Part shown: piece by piece, positions 48,057 through 60,665 of the stretch
How positions within the stretch are numbered: the first letter of the stretch is position 1
Layout: each line of letters opens with the position of its first letter
Origin: Takakia lepidozioides
Lineage: Eukaryota > Plantae > Bryophyta
Length of the DNA: 64,000 nt
Direction: 5' to 3'
Assembly: GCA_030704615.1 (NCBI GenBank)
Contig: CM060732.1
Coordinates: 1,488,001 to 1,552,000, forward strand
Translations under genes and position numbers: made by a program
The notes under the pieces: generated by a model
What the model saw: the letters and a program-made list of their open reading frames with translations, nothing else
Databases searched by the model: none
What the model was told of the DNA's origin: nothing

Positions 48057-51000
48057 TCACATATCTGAAGTGCTGTTTCTCCGTTTCAGCAAGCGGTAAC
48101 TTCCGAACGTATTTGCTTTGTGCCAAGCCCACGGAAAGAAGAACGCGCGATAGACGGGGTGTGATCTCTCATTGTCCAGAAATGGCTGCTCAAAGATAGT
48201 CTGCAAGTCAATGCCAATGCACAGCACACAGCTTAGGTCTTCTTGAGACTCCCTCCCTGGTGCTTCTGCTCATGACAAGAGTAAGGTAGAGGGGTTACGT
48301 GGCATCATTGATATCATTGGCAACACTTTGTCAGCCTTCTGTCAGCCCTAAATACCATGAAATGGGAAACTTAATGTTCTATTCTGTAGAAACACCACAA
48401 CTGGCTCCCACGGGGTTGGTAATCTGAGGATTATGCCCTCAAGGGTACTTCTTTAATAAGAACCAGCCATGACTGTCTCCCACAGTCTAGTACAAGTGTC
48501 CAATTGCCAAGGTCTATGGACCCATTCCATGAAGGCCAACATCGAAAGAGATACGTGCCGTTTTGAACACCATAAAATTCAATACCTGCCATGTTGCCTC
48601 ATCACCCCAGTAAGTCTGGCCAGGCCTTTTAAGATTGAGTTCCACCAAAAAGTCACAATCACCCACAGCTGACACCTGTCAAACAGCCGGAGACCAACCA
48701 CAGAAATGAAAAGCAACTTTGATTCTCATGGATTTGTTTCCATGTGTGGGTGTCTATTCAGAGGGAATAGTAGTGTGTGAGACTGTTGGCACTTGACTGT
48801 TCTGTATGAAGCACCAATAATAGCCTAAAATAATGGAAGAGGGACCAATGGTTTCTGTAGTACTTGGACATTCCAACAATCAATTGCTGCACATATAGAA
48901 CGGTTGGGGAGTGCACCATATGAAGTATGGTCGTATCATCCACACCCAACGATCTCTAGTTGGTGACTTTGCGTCCTGTCAGTGTCTATCACACAATCAC
49001 CATATCACCTCAACACCAGCAAAGATAGAAGTCAAGAATTAGGTCATCAAGGCATACAAATTGATGTGATGAGGCCTCATTTTTGTTGTTGAAATGCTTG
49101 GGGGCGGCTGCTGTTCCTCCCGCAGTTTGATCAAATGGAAAGGGGAGCATGCCTCCAAAACCATCATTGAGCCAGCCAACCTGATAGTTTGGAGCTGGCA
49201 AAAAGAAAGAAGAAGGGAAGCGGTGCCACTCACTGCCCACACAGACAGTTATATTTCCTGTACAGCATGGATATCAATTGAATTTGACAATGAGGACAAA
49301 ATCTCTAAAATGCAGTCACAGGCAACATGAGCTTCTTCTCAGCAAGGAAACAAGGACTAGACAGTTCAGAATTTTGGTGGGCAGATAGGCAGGTACCAGT
49401 TCCTGGGGCAGAAAGGGAGGTGCCATCCACAGAGGACAGATGGCCATAGACCTCCATAGGAGCTGAGTAGCCACGCACCAGTGACTGTGTCCTGCTGTAG
49501 GAGAGCACCAATATGACACCCAGTGTGATTGGCCGAAGCACTTTCGCACCCTGTGGAGCGAGGCAACGAACATGAACATAAAAGCAGGAAAAAAATTTCA
49601 CACAAACATAGACATGATTGATATCAGCATGTGAAGCTTTGGCTTAGCATGATGCAAAATCTCCACTCTGAGTACTTATTAAATATAACCTATAATGACG
49701 TATAATACTGAGTGGTTTGAACTACTGCATATACGACCAACAAATTTTGAAATAATGCCAAGTTCCAGACCATTGTGTCAGGAAGACCAGAACCTAGGTC
49801 CAGGTGCACTCATAACCTGGAACTACAGTACAAGTGACATGTAAGTATGTGAGTGTGTTCTACAACAATTCCGTTTTAAACAACATCTACTCTCTACCCT
49901 CTCTTATTCAGCCTAACAGTCGAGTGCAGGGGAAAGGCCGGAGCTTCACCTCAGACAACAATGAAAGGAAGTTTCCGCGTGACTGAGGGAAAAAGTCAGG
50001 GAAGCTATCAATGGTGGCCGCAGAAGCCAGGCAGATGAGTGGATACACTGGGTATAGAAACCTGCACATTAAAGCCAGGCCCAAATGACTAGAGAGATAA
50101 CAACAGAGCTCAGAACAGAGTGAGATGCACAGCACTTCATGGTGGTCCTGTCCACATATTCAACCCCTAGACAGATTTTGCTAATCAAGCAGATCACTTA
50201 GGTTCTTAAGGAGTGCTCCTTAGGAGTGAGAGATCATCCAAACAGCAGAAAAAAATTGGAACCCACCTCTCCTCCTTATGGGGCTGCAGTGTCAGGAACC
50301 CAAGCCACAAGTAAAGTGGCAAAACCGCAATAACGAGCCTACCCAACTTCTTTCGAGATGTAACCAACGGCACCATGGGAAAGAGCAGCGCAAACAGCAG
50401 AGCAAAATTGAAGTTATTAAACCCATTTTGGAAGTAGAAGAGGGGGCCTTCAACCCCATACAGAGTACTGCCCTCCTTAGAAGCAACATTATAGAGGACT
50501 AGATTAAGTACAGAGGATGTCCATCGCCCATAGAAATAGCGATCAGCCAACACAGAGAACACCTGGATGCAGAGAAGCAGCACGCACCCACTGTCATGTC
50601 AAATAGAGCTTGTTTTGTGTGCTGCAATAAGTCATCAATGGAAATGGGGGCTAACGAAGTCAGGACCCATTGCATGGAATCCATTTTGTCCCTCTGTGGA
50701 AGCTGGGACCTCATAATATCTGACACTACGACCTGATGTCACTGGATGCAGTATATTTCCCAAATTTTGCCTTAGGATTCCTCCCAAATTCATGGCTCCA
50801 GTCCCTTTCATTTTGAAATAAAATAAAAATCTCAACCACTAACTGCTTTGAGAAATAAATCCAAATGTTTGCAAAGTCCTGAGATGAGAGATCCCGACAG
50901 TTGATTGGAAATCTAATTCCATTGAATGACAAAATGTTTTTTCTTTGCAGTCGGAAGAGACACATTTCCATAAGTGGTGGAACATGCAATTGTGTCTATA

Positions 51001-53869
51001 ATGGGAACCGAGTAATCCCACGCGAATGCAATTAATCTAGGAGTGTATCGACTGGTTGCTTAGGATTAACCATGGTGCAAATCGTAGTAGTCAAGCCAGC
51101 CCAAAACACTTGAGCAAAACCTCCTGTCGCCAGCGAGTATACCACAAGTGGGGTAGCAGCCAGAGCAGCAAAAGGCCACCCCATGAGAACACCAAATGCT
51201 GCCACTGCCACAGTTTCCCTCGGTTTGTTTCCGGAGAGAAGTAGCGCTGACGCTAATGTGATCCCATACATGGAAAAGGTGCTTGGCAATAGACCTGAAA
51301 ATTCCACATGAACTTGAGACGACCAAGTCAACATAAAGGGGCTGAGGAGGCGTACCACCGACCTTTTCTCAATCAAGATTTTGAAATTAAAAACATTCAT
51401 TATCGGTCCCAAATTCAAAAGCAACCTGACTAGATCTCCCTTCTTGTAGACTCAGCTCCATTGAACTCAGTGGTGAGAAAGACAGTCTATAAATTGCAAA
51501 AGCTGCAAAGCAGCTGCTGAGTTGTGTTAGGCCACGACATCTTTTTGTGGTGCCATTCAGGCAGTGTCTCCAGTACCATTCCCAGTGAACTCCCTCTTAC
51601 AGGTATTCCTTTCTTACAAATTGGTCAAAACCAGAGGCTAAGGAGAGTGAGAACAGGTCAGCAAACATACATACTGGTGCTTGCGTTGAAGCACCCACTG
51701 CTGAGACAAAGAAGCACCAGTGTGTAAACACCCAGCCTTGCTCCATACCCCCGTGTCACCACTGCTACCAGTGTTGCCTCCGTGAGTGCCGAAATCAAGG
51801 CCAAGGCAAGCCTCACAGTGTAGAATACTTGCACCTGAAACAAATTGAAGTATATTTTCAAAATGATTTGAAATGCCCTAGAAGTCATTTCAACAACTAT
51901 GAATGTAGTCATGACATCCAAATCCATGATGTGATAGCAACCATCTGGCTATCCTGCTGCAAATACATCTGAAGTGTCTTGGAGACTAGCCGTGGTCGAT
52001 CCACTACATCACTTTCATTGAACATCTTCATTAATATTTGGAACACTGTGACACCTTGCTAGACTTAAAAATAAATAATACAAATTACTCCACTCCCCCC
52101 ACTCCCTTATCTACCTCTCTCCTTTAGAAATGCAGTAGAACTGCTTGATTGTGCCGTCTCTATTTCTTTGGCTATTGGCTCTTGGCTATCATGGAAACTC
52201 AGCCCCAAATTGCCATAGCACTTGCACACAAGCGACGGCAGTTTAGTTGTAGGGGACTGAGTGGTGTTTAAAGGCTTGTATGGAATCCTTCCTAGAGCAG
52301 GGCATTCATTCCCATACTAACTCTAACCCCTTACCTTGCACATATGTGACACATGTGGCAGCAGAGAGAGTAAGAAGGAAATATGTCCTAAGGGAGGCAA
52401 TAGACAGAGTGGGGCAGCAGATGGCCCAACAACACAGGTGCACCTTATTTAGATCAGCACTGAACAACCAGGATGCAGGGCCTGCCACGATAGTGTGTAG
52501 CAACAAGTATAGGTAGGACCGCAAACCAAACTCTGAACTGCACACAGACAAACACACCAAACCCCAGCAACATGCACATGAATTCTTTAGCAGTGATACA
52601 GAGCCTGGTCTCAGGGACACCTTGTCTCACTTTACATTAGATGCATGGAGTCTCAAGATGGCCAGTTGAAAGTTCTTGACTAAGTCAATATGTGTTGGGG
52701 ATATGCTGTCACCAATCAAGAAGGAAAGCCATGTGTTTCTGGTTTGTCAAATTCACAACATCTTGAGTTTGCATGAAAGCTTCAAGGTTATGGTGGCCAG
52801 AACTGCATGCTGAAACTTCAAACCTTACACCTCAAACTTGTTTTCATTTCCAGAATGTGTAATTACCCAAACAACAAAAACGTAGACACTTTTAAACTGG
52901 GTTGAGGGCCGTACAGCCGATTAAGCTAAGACTTCTAATGCACCACAGGGACGACTGATCATACATGATGACAGGGTACAGGGTTTTAGGCATCCCCATT
53001 GGCAAGTATGAGAAGCCTTGTCCTCAGTAATAGACATGTAGTGGGATGTCAATGATTACTTGTATGGTAGAATGTTAGGTGTTACCATATGGAATCCTCT
53101 GTATCTAGTTCCGATATGAAGTCCTCTACACATCGATACTATGTCTAACCAACTGATTCTTCCAAGAAATTTTCTTCTGAAATTTTGGGCGAGACAGTTA
53201 AATCCTAAACCCTGTAAATACAGTTTTATAGTAACATGGACATATTGACAGGACCTGCACCAAGGGGGCTAATCAGTGATGGAAATTCAAGGAAAGACCG
53301 AAGTATAACCAAGTGGCTCTCGGGACTGAGCTGTTTTCACCAACATTTTAACTAATACAGGCAGCTTGCTAGAGATATTTACACTTGGAAGTGATTCAAT
53401 TTCGGGCCAGACTAAGAAGTTTGATTCCCATGCACACCCAATAAGGTAACACACCCCCAATCAGCCAACGTTATTGGCCACCAAATTCGCAGTATAAATT
53501 TATAGAGGGATATGTTCTTGCCTCATTCAATATATCATCATTTAGTTGGCTCACAACTCTGTTCTACCAGGGCCATGCATACCTGTACTCCCAGGTCTGG
53601 AATCCAGACTTGAAGAGAAGGTAATGGAGAGGCTCCCAGTAATTGAAGACCTCATCACAGTCATGCACAATGTTGTAAGAAGCGCTGTAGTAGCGAGCGA
53701 TCATGAGCGCTAAGAATGCTGTGCCCCAGCCCGGCCCTCCACTCTTTGCCGACCTTCCCACATTTGCCTTCTCTTCCTCCTCATTCATCCCATTCACAAG
53801 CTCAGAAACCTGGCCAGCCTTGTCGGTTGGCCCACGTTTGCGAAGATTGGACTGCATAGCTATGGACAT
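48057..53869 (-). CDS. ALG9: Dol-P-Man-dependent alpha-1,2-mannosyltransferase (GT22), 10 exons, 586 aa
   Basis: Exons 53869-53583, 52537-52444, 51834-51675, 51294-51071, 50562-50267, 50061-49950, 49550-49397, 49257-49058, 48675-48586, 48200-48057; all introns GT-AG and phase-compatible, total 1761 nt. Motifs IVHDCDEVFNYWEPLHYL, QTWEYSSEFGLRSY, LLPSTFSMY, QPHKEERFLYPVYP, VCVGSEWHRFPSSFFLP. Confidence 0.96.
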
Positions 53870-55409
53870 CGTCGCATGTCCCCGCAACCCCAACACACCC
53901 ACGCCCAAGGCTTCCCTCTCTCTCTCTCAAAACTTCTACGTCTCGCTCGAGACGATGAATGAACAGAGATGGACCAAAATGATGTTGATGCCAGTAACAA
54001 GTCACTGGGATAGGTAACAGTAACAAGAGCATATCAATATGAAGCGAGACGTTTGTTGGCTCTCTTGTAAAGAGAGACTTTGCGGAGACATGGAAGTCAA
54101 TGGAGAAAATGTGGTCAAAGTACCTTACACCTTGTCAAGGCGTCGATTGGTGTGTTGTGCTGAGTCATGCTCCCTAGTCTTACCTTCCCTTATGAGAGCC
54201 AATTGCCGTTTGAGGCTTGTTTTGTTGGCCCTGCCCGACAGGGTAGGGACTACACATCAAGTTGGCCAAAGTGACCTTAACCTTATATCATGGGTTGTTC
54301 CATGAGACTTAATGGGAACATGAAATGTTTTAGTTCACAGTTGGGCACATGTTACACTTCATGCTGCCACCTCTTTGCACCCTTGCCATTGTCATCCATT
54401 CTGCACCTCTGACATGATTTACGCACATGAGAACGAGTTCTCACGTGTTAACACATTGAAATCGTCAAAATGGGAGGCTTGTGGAGGGTTTGCACTTTCT
54501 GCATTTCACAGCATTTTAAAATTTATTTTCCACCCCTTGTTTCTATCTGCCAGTGCCCTCTGACCCGTTGCCTAGATTTCCACCGATAACGGTTGATATT
54601 GCCTGTTGCCAAAATTTGAGGTTTTCCAGCAGAATCTGTCGGCAATGTCACCGGGACATGTCCGGCATGCATCTCCGGCAGCGATGGCATGCATGTGTGC
54701 ACATGTAGTGTACGTAGATGGGCATGGTGTTCAGACATGTGGCAGCAACAGATGCATGCACAGATGTGCTCTGCATCAATGGCATCATACCATGTGTACA
54801 TGACAGTGCCCATTTCATTTTGCATGGGCGAGATTGTTTAGAAACCGATTTATTCTAGCGACGACCGAAGGTCTGAAGCTAGTTTAGCGTAGAGCAGGAA
54901 TAGGGTGCCATAGTGCCACGTTTTCGTCGCCACGTTTCGTCATCAAATTTCGTCAATCTGCCCGGACTGCCCGCCCAAAATACGCCAATAGAAATTGCCG
55001 CGCCAACGTTTTCGGAACTGCCCGAAATGCCCGGATCTTGATTTTCTTGATCTGCGTTTACCGCCATTGTTCACCTTGCTAGCTGCAAGCTCTCAACGAA
55101 TTTGAGGAAATCCATGTTGAGCTGAAGACTTGTTGAGGCAGATGAAGGATCAAGCAAATGATGGGGGAAGGGTGTCGTTTTTTCTTAATGTACGATCTAA
55201 AGAAGTTTGTATATCTTGTAAAGGTGGGCTCCTGGCTCCTGTCACTACCATGATTTGGTATTCTTCCTGATGTTTGCAAGGTTCTTGGGAGAGTCAACTT
55301 GGTCTTAGCAGGCCGTGTTCAATCTCTACCTGCTCAGATGTACCGTGGTGGTTCTCACAGATCAATCCGTGAGTCAAAATCATGGCCGCGCAGGTTGAGT
55401 GGAGGTGGT

Positions 55410-57120
55410 AGAGGACTTCATGAACCTCAAACCAGCTGCTTGGTGGGACAAAGGAGGCAAAAAGGTGAATGCCTGCAGATTACCAGATGTCATTCTGAAG
55501 GCTGCACACACAAGAGGTTCTTTAGGGTTGATGTTCGGTGAAATCCTCCATGGGTCATGACACAAGGTCAAGGACAATGTGGTGATTGCACATTCTTCTT
55601 CAACCTATTTCTGTCTGTTTAACCCTCTCATCAGACTCGGCCTTGAGATGCATATTGAACTCTGTAAGTTAACTCGTTGGGTGGATCTGTGGTGGTTAGG
55701 AGTGACTTTGACAAGTTACTGCTGATGTGGCAGCATGAAAGTATCCAAAAATAGATAACATGGATGAGGAGAAGACATTTTACCTTGTCTTCCCCTCTTA
55801 TCAGAATCTGCTCTACATTTCCATGTTGAATTCTGCAAGTTAGCTGATTGAGTGAACCTTTGATAGTTTGGAGTGACTTTGACATGATACTGCCAATGTG
55901 ACACAAGAAAGTATCCAAAAACAGGTAAACAGAGATGAGGAGAAGCTGTGGGATGAATACTTTTCTGACCCCAGCCAATGGTGGGACAAACGAGGCAAAA
56001 AGGTGAATGCCTACAGATTACCAGATGTCATTCTGAAGGCTTCAGGCACAAGCTGCACACACACAAGGTCCTTTAGGGTTGATGTTCGGTCAAATCCTCC
56101 ATGGGTCATGACAGAAGGTCAAGGACAATGTGGTGAGGCACCTTCTTCTTCAACCTATCTGTCTGTTTTACCCTCTCATCAGATTCAGCCCTAAGATGCA
56201 TATTGAACTCCGTAAGTTAGCTCATTGGGTGGATCTGTGATTAGGAGTGACTTTGACAAGTTATTGCCGATGTGGCAGCATGAAAGTATCCAATAACATA
56301 TAACATAGATGAGGAGAGGGCACCTTCTTCAACACATTTCACCCTGTTTTCCCCTCTTATCAGAATCTGCCCTAAATTTCCATGTTGAATTCTGTAAGTT
56401 AGCTGTGAGTGAATCTTTAATGGTAGTTTGGAGTGACTTTGACATGATATTGCCAATGTGACACAGGAAAGTATCCAAAAAGGAGAAGTTGTGGGATGAA
56501 TACTTTTCTGACCCCAGCCAATGGTGGGACAACTAAGGCAAAAAGGTGAATGCCAAATTAAACACGTAACAGAGATGAGGAGAAGCTGTGGTATGAATAC
56601 TTTTCTGACCCCAGTCAATGGTGGGACAACCGAGGCAAAAAGGTGAATGCCTGTCAGATTACCAGATTTCATTCTAAACGCTGCAGACACAAGTTGCACA
56701 CACAAGAGGTCCTTGTTTTACCCTCTCATCAGACTCGGCCCTGAGATGCATATTGAATTTTGTAAGTTAGCTCGTTGGGTGGATCTGTGGTGGTTAGGAG
56801 TGATTTTGACAAGTTACTACCGATGTGGCAGCAGGAAAGTATCCAAAAACAGATAACATAGATGAGGAGAAGCTCGTTGGTTGATCTATGGTGTTTTGTA
56901 GTGATTTTGATATGTTACTGTAGGTAGGGTTGGGGTGTTTGCTGGAAGAACTTCACGCCGTCAGTCTCAGCTACTTCAGCTGCTAGCAGCAAGGCTGAGG
57001 TTGTTTTCCCTCTTATCAGAATGGGCCCTAAATTTCCATGTTGAATTCTGCAAATTAGCTGGTTGAGTGAACCTTTGATAGTTTGGAGTGACTTTGACAT
57101 GATACTGCCAATGTGACAAT
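55410..57120 (+). repeat. Shuffled tandem array of two modules: OSB-type PDF-motif module and a ~125-bp spacer module
   Basis: PDF-like copies near 55430, 55930, 56480 (partial) and 56570 (EKLWDEYFSDPSQWWD[K/N]RGKKVN...PD[V/F]...RSNPPWV). Spacer module ccctct.atcaga...gagtgactttgaca...gaaagtatccaa near 55623, 55793, 56171, 56351, 56721 and 57008. Confidence 0.8.
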
Positions 57121-57137
57121 AGGGAAGTACCTCAACC

Positions 57138-58045
57138 ATGACGACAGCTTCTGAAAGAGGATCAAGAGAGGGAGTCCACAATGCCTCTTCTGGCACTTCT
57201 GGGCATGTGAAGATACTTTGTGCGGCAGGCAGACTGACAGAGGCTCTACAGACTCTAAACCAAGGAGGCATTTCAACATATGCAGATATGTATGTCTGTC
57301 TGTTGCTTAAGTGCATCAAGATGGCAGGTCTGGAAGCTGGAAAGCAGGTGCACACTCACATTATCCAAAGTGGATTCACGCCAAATGTTTTCCTACTCAA
57401 CACCCTTGTCAACATGTATGTCAAGTGCAGGGGCATCATGGATGCTCACCAAGTGTTCAACAGAATGCCTCAACGATCTTTGATCACGTGGAATATAATG
57501 TTGGCAGGATTTACCAAGCATGGATGTGGTAGGATTAATGCTTTGGAGACCTATGAGCAAATGCTGCGCGAAGGGGTGAAGCCCTACCACATCACGTTTG
57601 CAATGCGTGTGCAAGCCTGGGGGCTCTGGAAAAGGGGAAAGAGGTCCATGGTGACATTGTCAAAGCTGGAATTGTACCAGATGTCATCTTGAACACTGCC
57701 CTGGTGGACATGTTTGCCAAATGTGGGTGCATTAAGGATGTGAATGAAGTTTTTAACACTCTAGCTGAACGAGATGTGGTGTCGTGGAGACTGCCCTTTT
57801 GGTCATGTATGCCAAATGTGGAAGCATGAAGGATGCATGTCAAATATGGTAGGGAGGCTCTCCATGTATTTGAACACATGCAACAGGAAGGGTGAATGGT
57901 ATCACCTTTGTATGTCTTCTATTGGCATGTAATCACGGGGGCCTACTGGATGAAGGCCAGCATTATTTTGATTCCATGAGTCGAGATCATGGGCTCAATG
58001 CTACTGTGGAACATTATGGCTGCATGGTGGACCTTTTTGGCCGTG
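57138..58045 (+). pseudogene. PLS-class pentatricopeptide repeat (PPR) gene, frameshifted, internally deleted and 3' truncated
   Basis: GKQVHTHIIQSGFTPNVFLLNTLVNMYVKC...AHQVFNRMPQRSLITWNIMLAGF; NACASLGALEKGKEVH...NTALVDMFAKCG; ITFVCLLLACNHGGLLDEG...VEHYGCMVDLFGRA. No E/DYW domain follows. Confidence 0.9.
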
Positions 58046-59074
58046 CATGGTGGAATCTGAACGCTGCTTTGTCACCATCCACAATGGATTTCCTCCAGGA
58101 GTATGCAGGTGCAACTCCTACCCTAAATCCTCTCGTGGACACTTGCATGCCAACTGCAAATGGCATCTTCTTGAAATTGCATGCATCACAAGAGAGACTC
58201 ATCTACATTGTTTTTCGCATACAATTTTTAGCCAATGTGGCAGTTTGGATTGTCATTTATCTCCCTTCTTTGCGGCAGTCATTGTGCTATTGCAGGGCAT
58301 GGGGATGATGTTGGGTGTGATGGGGCACCATCCGTTTCAAGAAGCAATAGGTTTGTGTTCTCCCACTGTGTGTAAGCTCAAATCTGTGGTGACCGAATAG
58401 CCTAGCTACAAAGTGCAAGTGATTTGATGGTTAGAGAGGCATCAGACCTATAAGCCAATGCACAGGCAATACTATATGCATCAAGCTCATTTTGGAAACT
58501 ATTCTGCTTCACAAATAGTTAAACCTTCTGAAATGTTTCCTCCAGCTTACATCAAGTGGCTTGCATGTGGGAAGTTGTGAGATGAAAAGATGAAATGGGT
58601 GGTTCTTTTTTCAGAGCCAGGATATTTGTGGTGACGGCAAGTGGAAATTTCCATGGGTGGTGCATCATTGTGGGTCCAGGACAGGAGGGCACATGCACAT
58701 TGGAGCGTGAATGTGCCCTCTTGAGTAGCACTTCTGATCAGATCTTTGCATTATAATAGCATACAAGGTAAATATGCGATAGCACTTCACTACCGAGAGT
58801 AAATTTGATGCAAGGTGGGAGGACTGGAGGTTTCAATAGAATGTCATGCACTACTTGGATCAGATTTATTCACTAGACTTGAAATCCAAGTATGTGTCTG
58901 CACATACCAGCTCGCAAGCGCTTACACCCGTTTGGAGATGTTAAAGTAGACTTGTGCATTCACCACGCACAGGTTGATAGCCAGAGTTCAATCCATTTCC
59001 TGAGTAGGGGCAGCCTGTTACCTGTCATTGGTGCAATCCTTCTTCACTCTGTCAGTCACAGAATTGCATCTTTG

Positions 59075-59438
59075 TCTGGAGAAGGGAGTGATAAAGATTT
59101 ATCAAGTGGCCTGTAGAGGGAGAGCAAGTTGGTTACCAACACTGGTTTATGTGATAGCATTGCTATCCATTAAACGAGTGGAGTTTGAAGGCTGGGAGGA
59201 ACGGAAAGTGAATGTTTACACTCATATGCATGAAGAACTTGTACTGGTAAAGAATTGGATTCCTAAGGATATCCTGTGGATCAAACTTACACCAAGAACA
59301 ACTTTTCAGACGTGTTTGTCATATGGTTATATGGTAACGGAGACTTCTAGTATAGCCAAGGGTGCATTAAAGCTTGAAAGAAATCCAGGCATATACGAGA
59401 GATACTACAGAAGAGAGTTTTGGTTATTGCCTCATTAA
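59075..59438 (+). pseudogene. Extra ORF upstream of gag (copy 2, 5' truncated, frame intact)
   Basis: GVIKIYQVACRGRASWLPTLVYVIALLSIKRVEFEGWEERK...YYRREFWLLPH*; homologous to 8200-8569. Confidence 0.75.
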
Positions 59439-59458
59439 AGATATGAAAGACATGGGAC

Positions 59459-60610
59459 ATGAGTGATGAAAGAGAAGCTAGACTCCACAGATATTCAGCA
59501 AAAAAAGAAAGTTATTTGAAAGCTAATTATCCATATCTTTGGGAGAGAGGAATAGACATAGGGAAATCATCCGGACCTCTCACACCATTAAGATCAGAGA
59601 GTACATCACCCATACCGGAGGAACCAGAGTTGGATGCCACTCCTTCTTATTCTTTACAAGAAAGATTAAGGGATTTGGTGCATGAAGAAGATCAGCCACG
59701 AGGGGAGAGATCTGAGGTACATCCCTGGATTAAAGATTTGACAGAAATCTTTGATCAGAGTTGGCATGGAACACCAAAAGCAAGAACTCCAGTTTCTGAA
59801 GCACAAGATAAAGAAGGAAGAGGATGTGGCAGAGCCAACGGAGAGTTCAGACTCTCCAACACCACTTCAGTTGAATTATATGAGTGACGAAGAGGAAATC
59901 CAAGAGATGAACTTGAAAGATGGAAACAGAGAGAAGAATTTGGAAGATGAAGAGTATGAAGAAGTAGACCCAACAGTTGAGGTTGAGACTACAACCAGGA
60001 CATCCCAACCTGTTGGACCTGGATCAAGTGGGGCACTTGGATCACAGGCCAACGAAGGTGTCGGTTCAGGGGGAGCAGCTTGGATCTGGCTCTGGGGGGA
60101 CAGGGAGTGTGGGAAGTAGTGCAACTGGAGCTGGGGGTACTGAGAGTACAGTGGGGCCAGTAGCAGGGAGTGCTTAGGGGCCAACACCTGGTGGGAGAAC
60201 CACCATTACAACAGTAGGTCCTCTAGGACTAGCACCAATAGGAGGACCAACACCTGTCAGTGGGCAGGGTGTAGGGCCACAGATGGCGGTACGTCCAACA
60301 CGGGCAAAACCACATTTTCCAATATATGTAGGGAAAGGGGATCCTGATGTACACATCAGCCAATTTGAGCACATGTGTATTGTGAACAATGAGAATGGCG
60401 ATGATGCCAAGATGAGACTGTTTCCTCGTTCACTTATCAAGAAAGCAAGTGAATGATATGCAAGATTCATTTCCTAACCTGGAATGGCCTTAGTACAACA
60501 TTCCGAAATAGGTTCAGAACAAGCAAAACTGAGGATCAAGTGTATGGGAGTTTACAACAGTTAAAGCAAAAGAAGCATGAAACTGTTGAAGAGTACATGG
60601 AAAAGATGGA
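59459..60610 (+). pseudogene. gag N-terminal part of the non-chromovirus Gypsy family (third copy)
   Basis: MSDEREARLHRYS..., FPIYVGKGDPDVHISQFEHMC..., LKQKKHETVEEYMEKM; cut at 60610. Confidence 0.87.
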
Positions 60611-60665
60611 CACTACAACACATCCTATGTAATTTCGACGATTTAGTTTGACGCTGGCGTTGACT
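60611..60665 (+). mobile_element. Left terminus of a CACTA element
   Basis: CACTACAACA starts exactly where gag homology stops, followed by short GACG-type subterminal motifs. Confidence 0.6.

Noticed and set aside
55410-57120. CRISPR-like or non-coding satellite interpretation of the modular repeats
   Set aside because: Units are over 100 bp, irregularly ordered, and one module encodes a recognisable protein motif.
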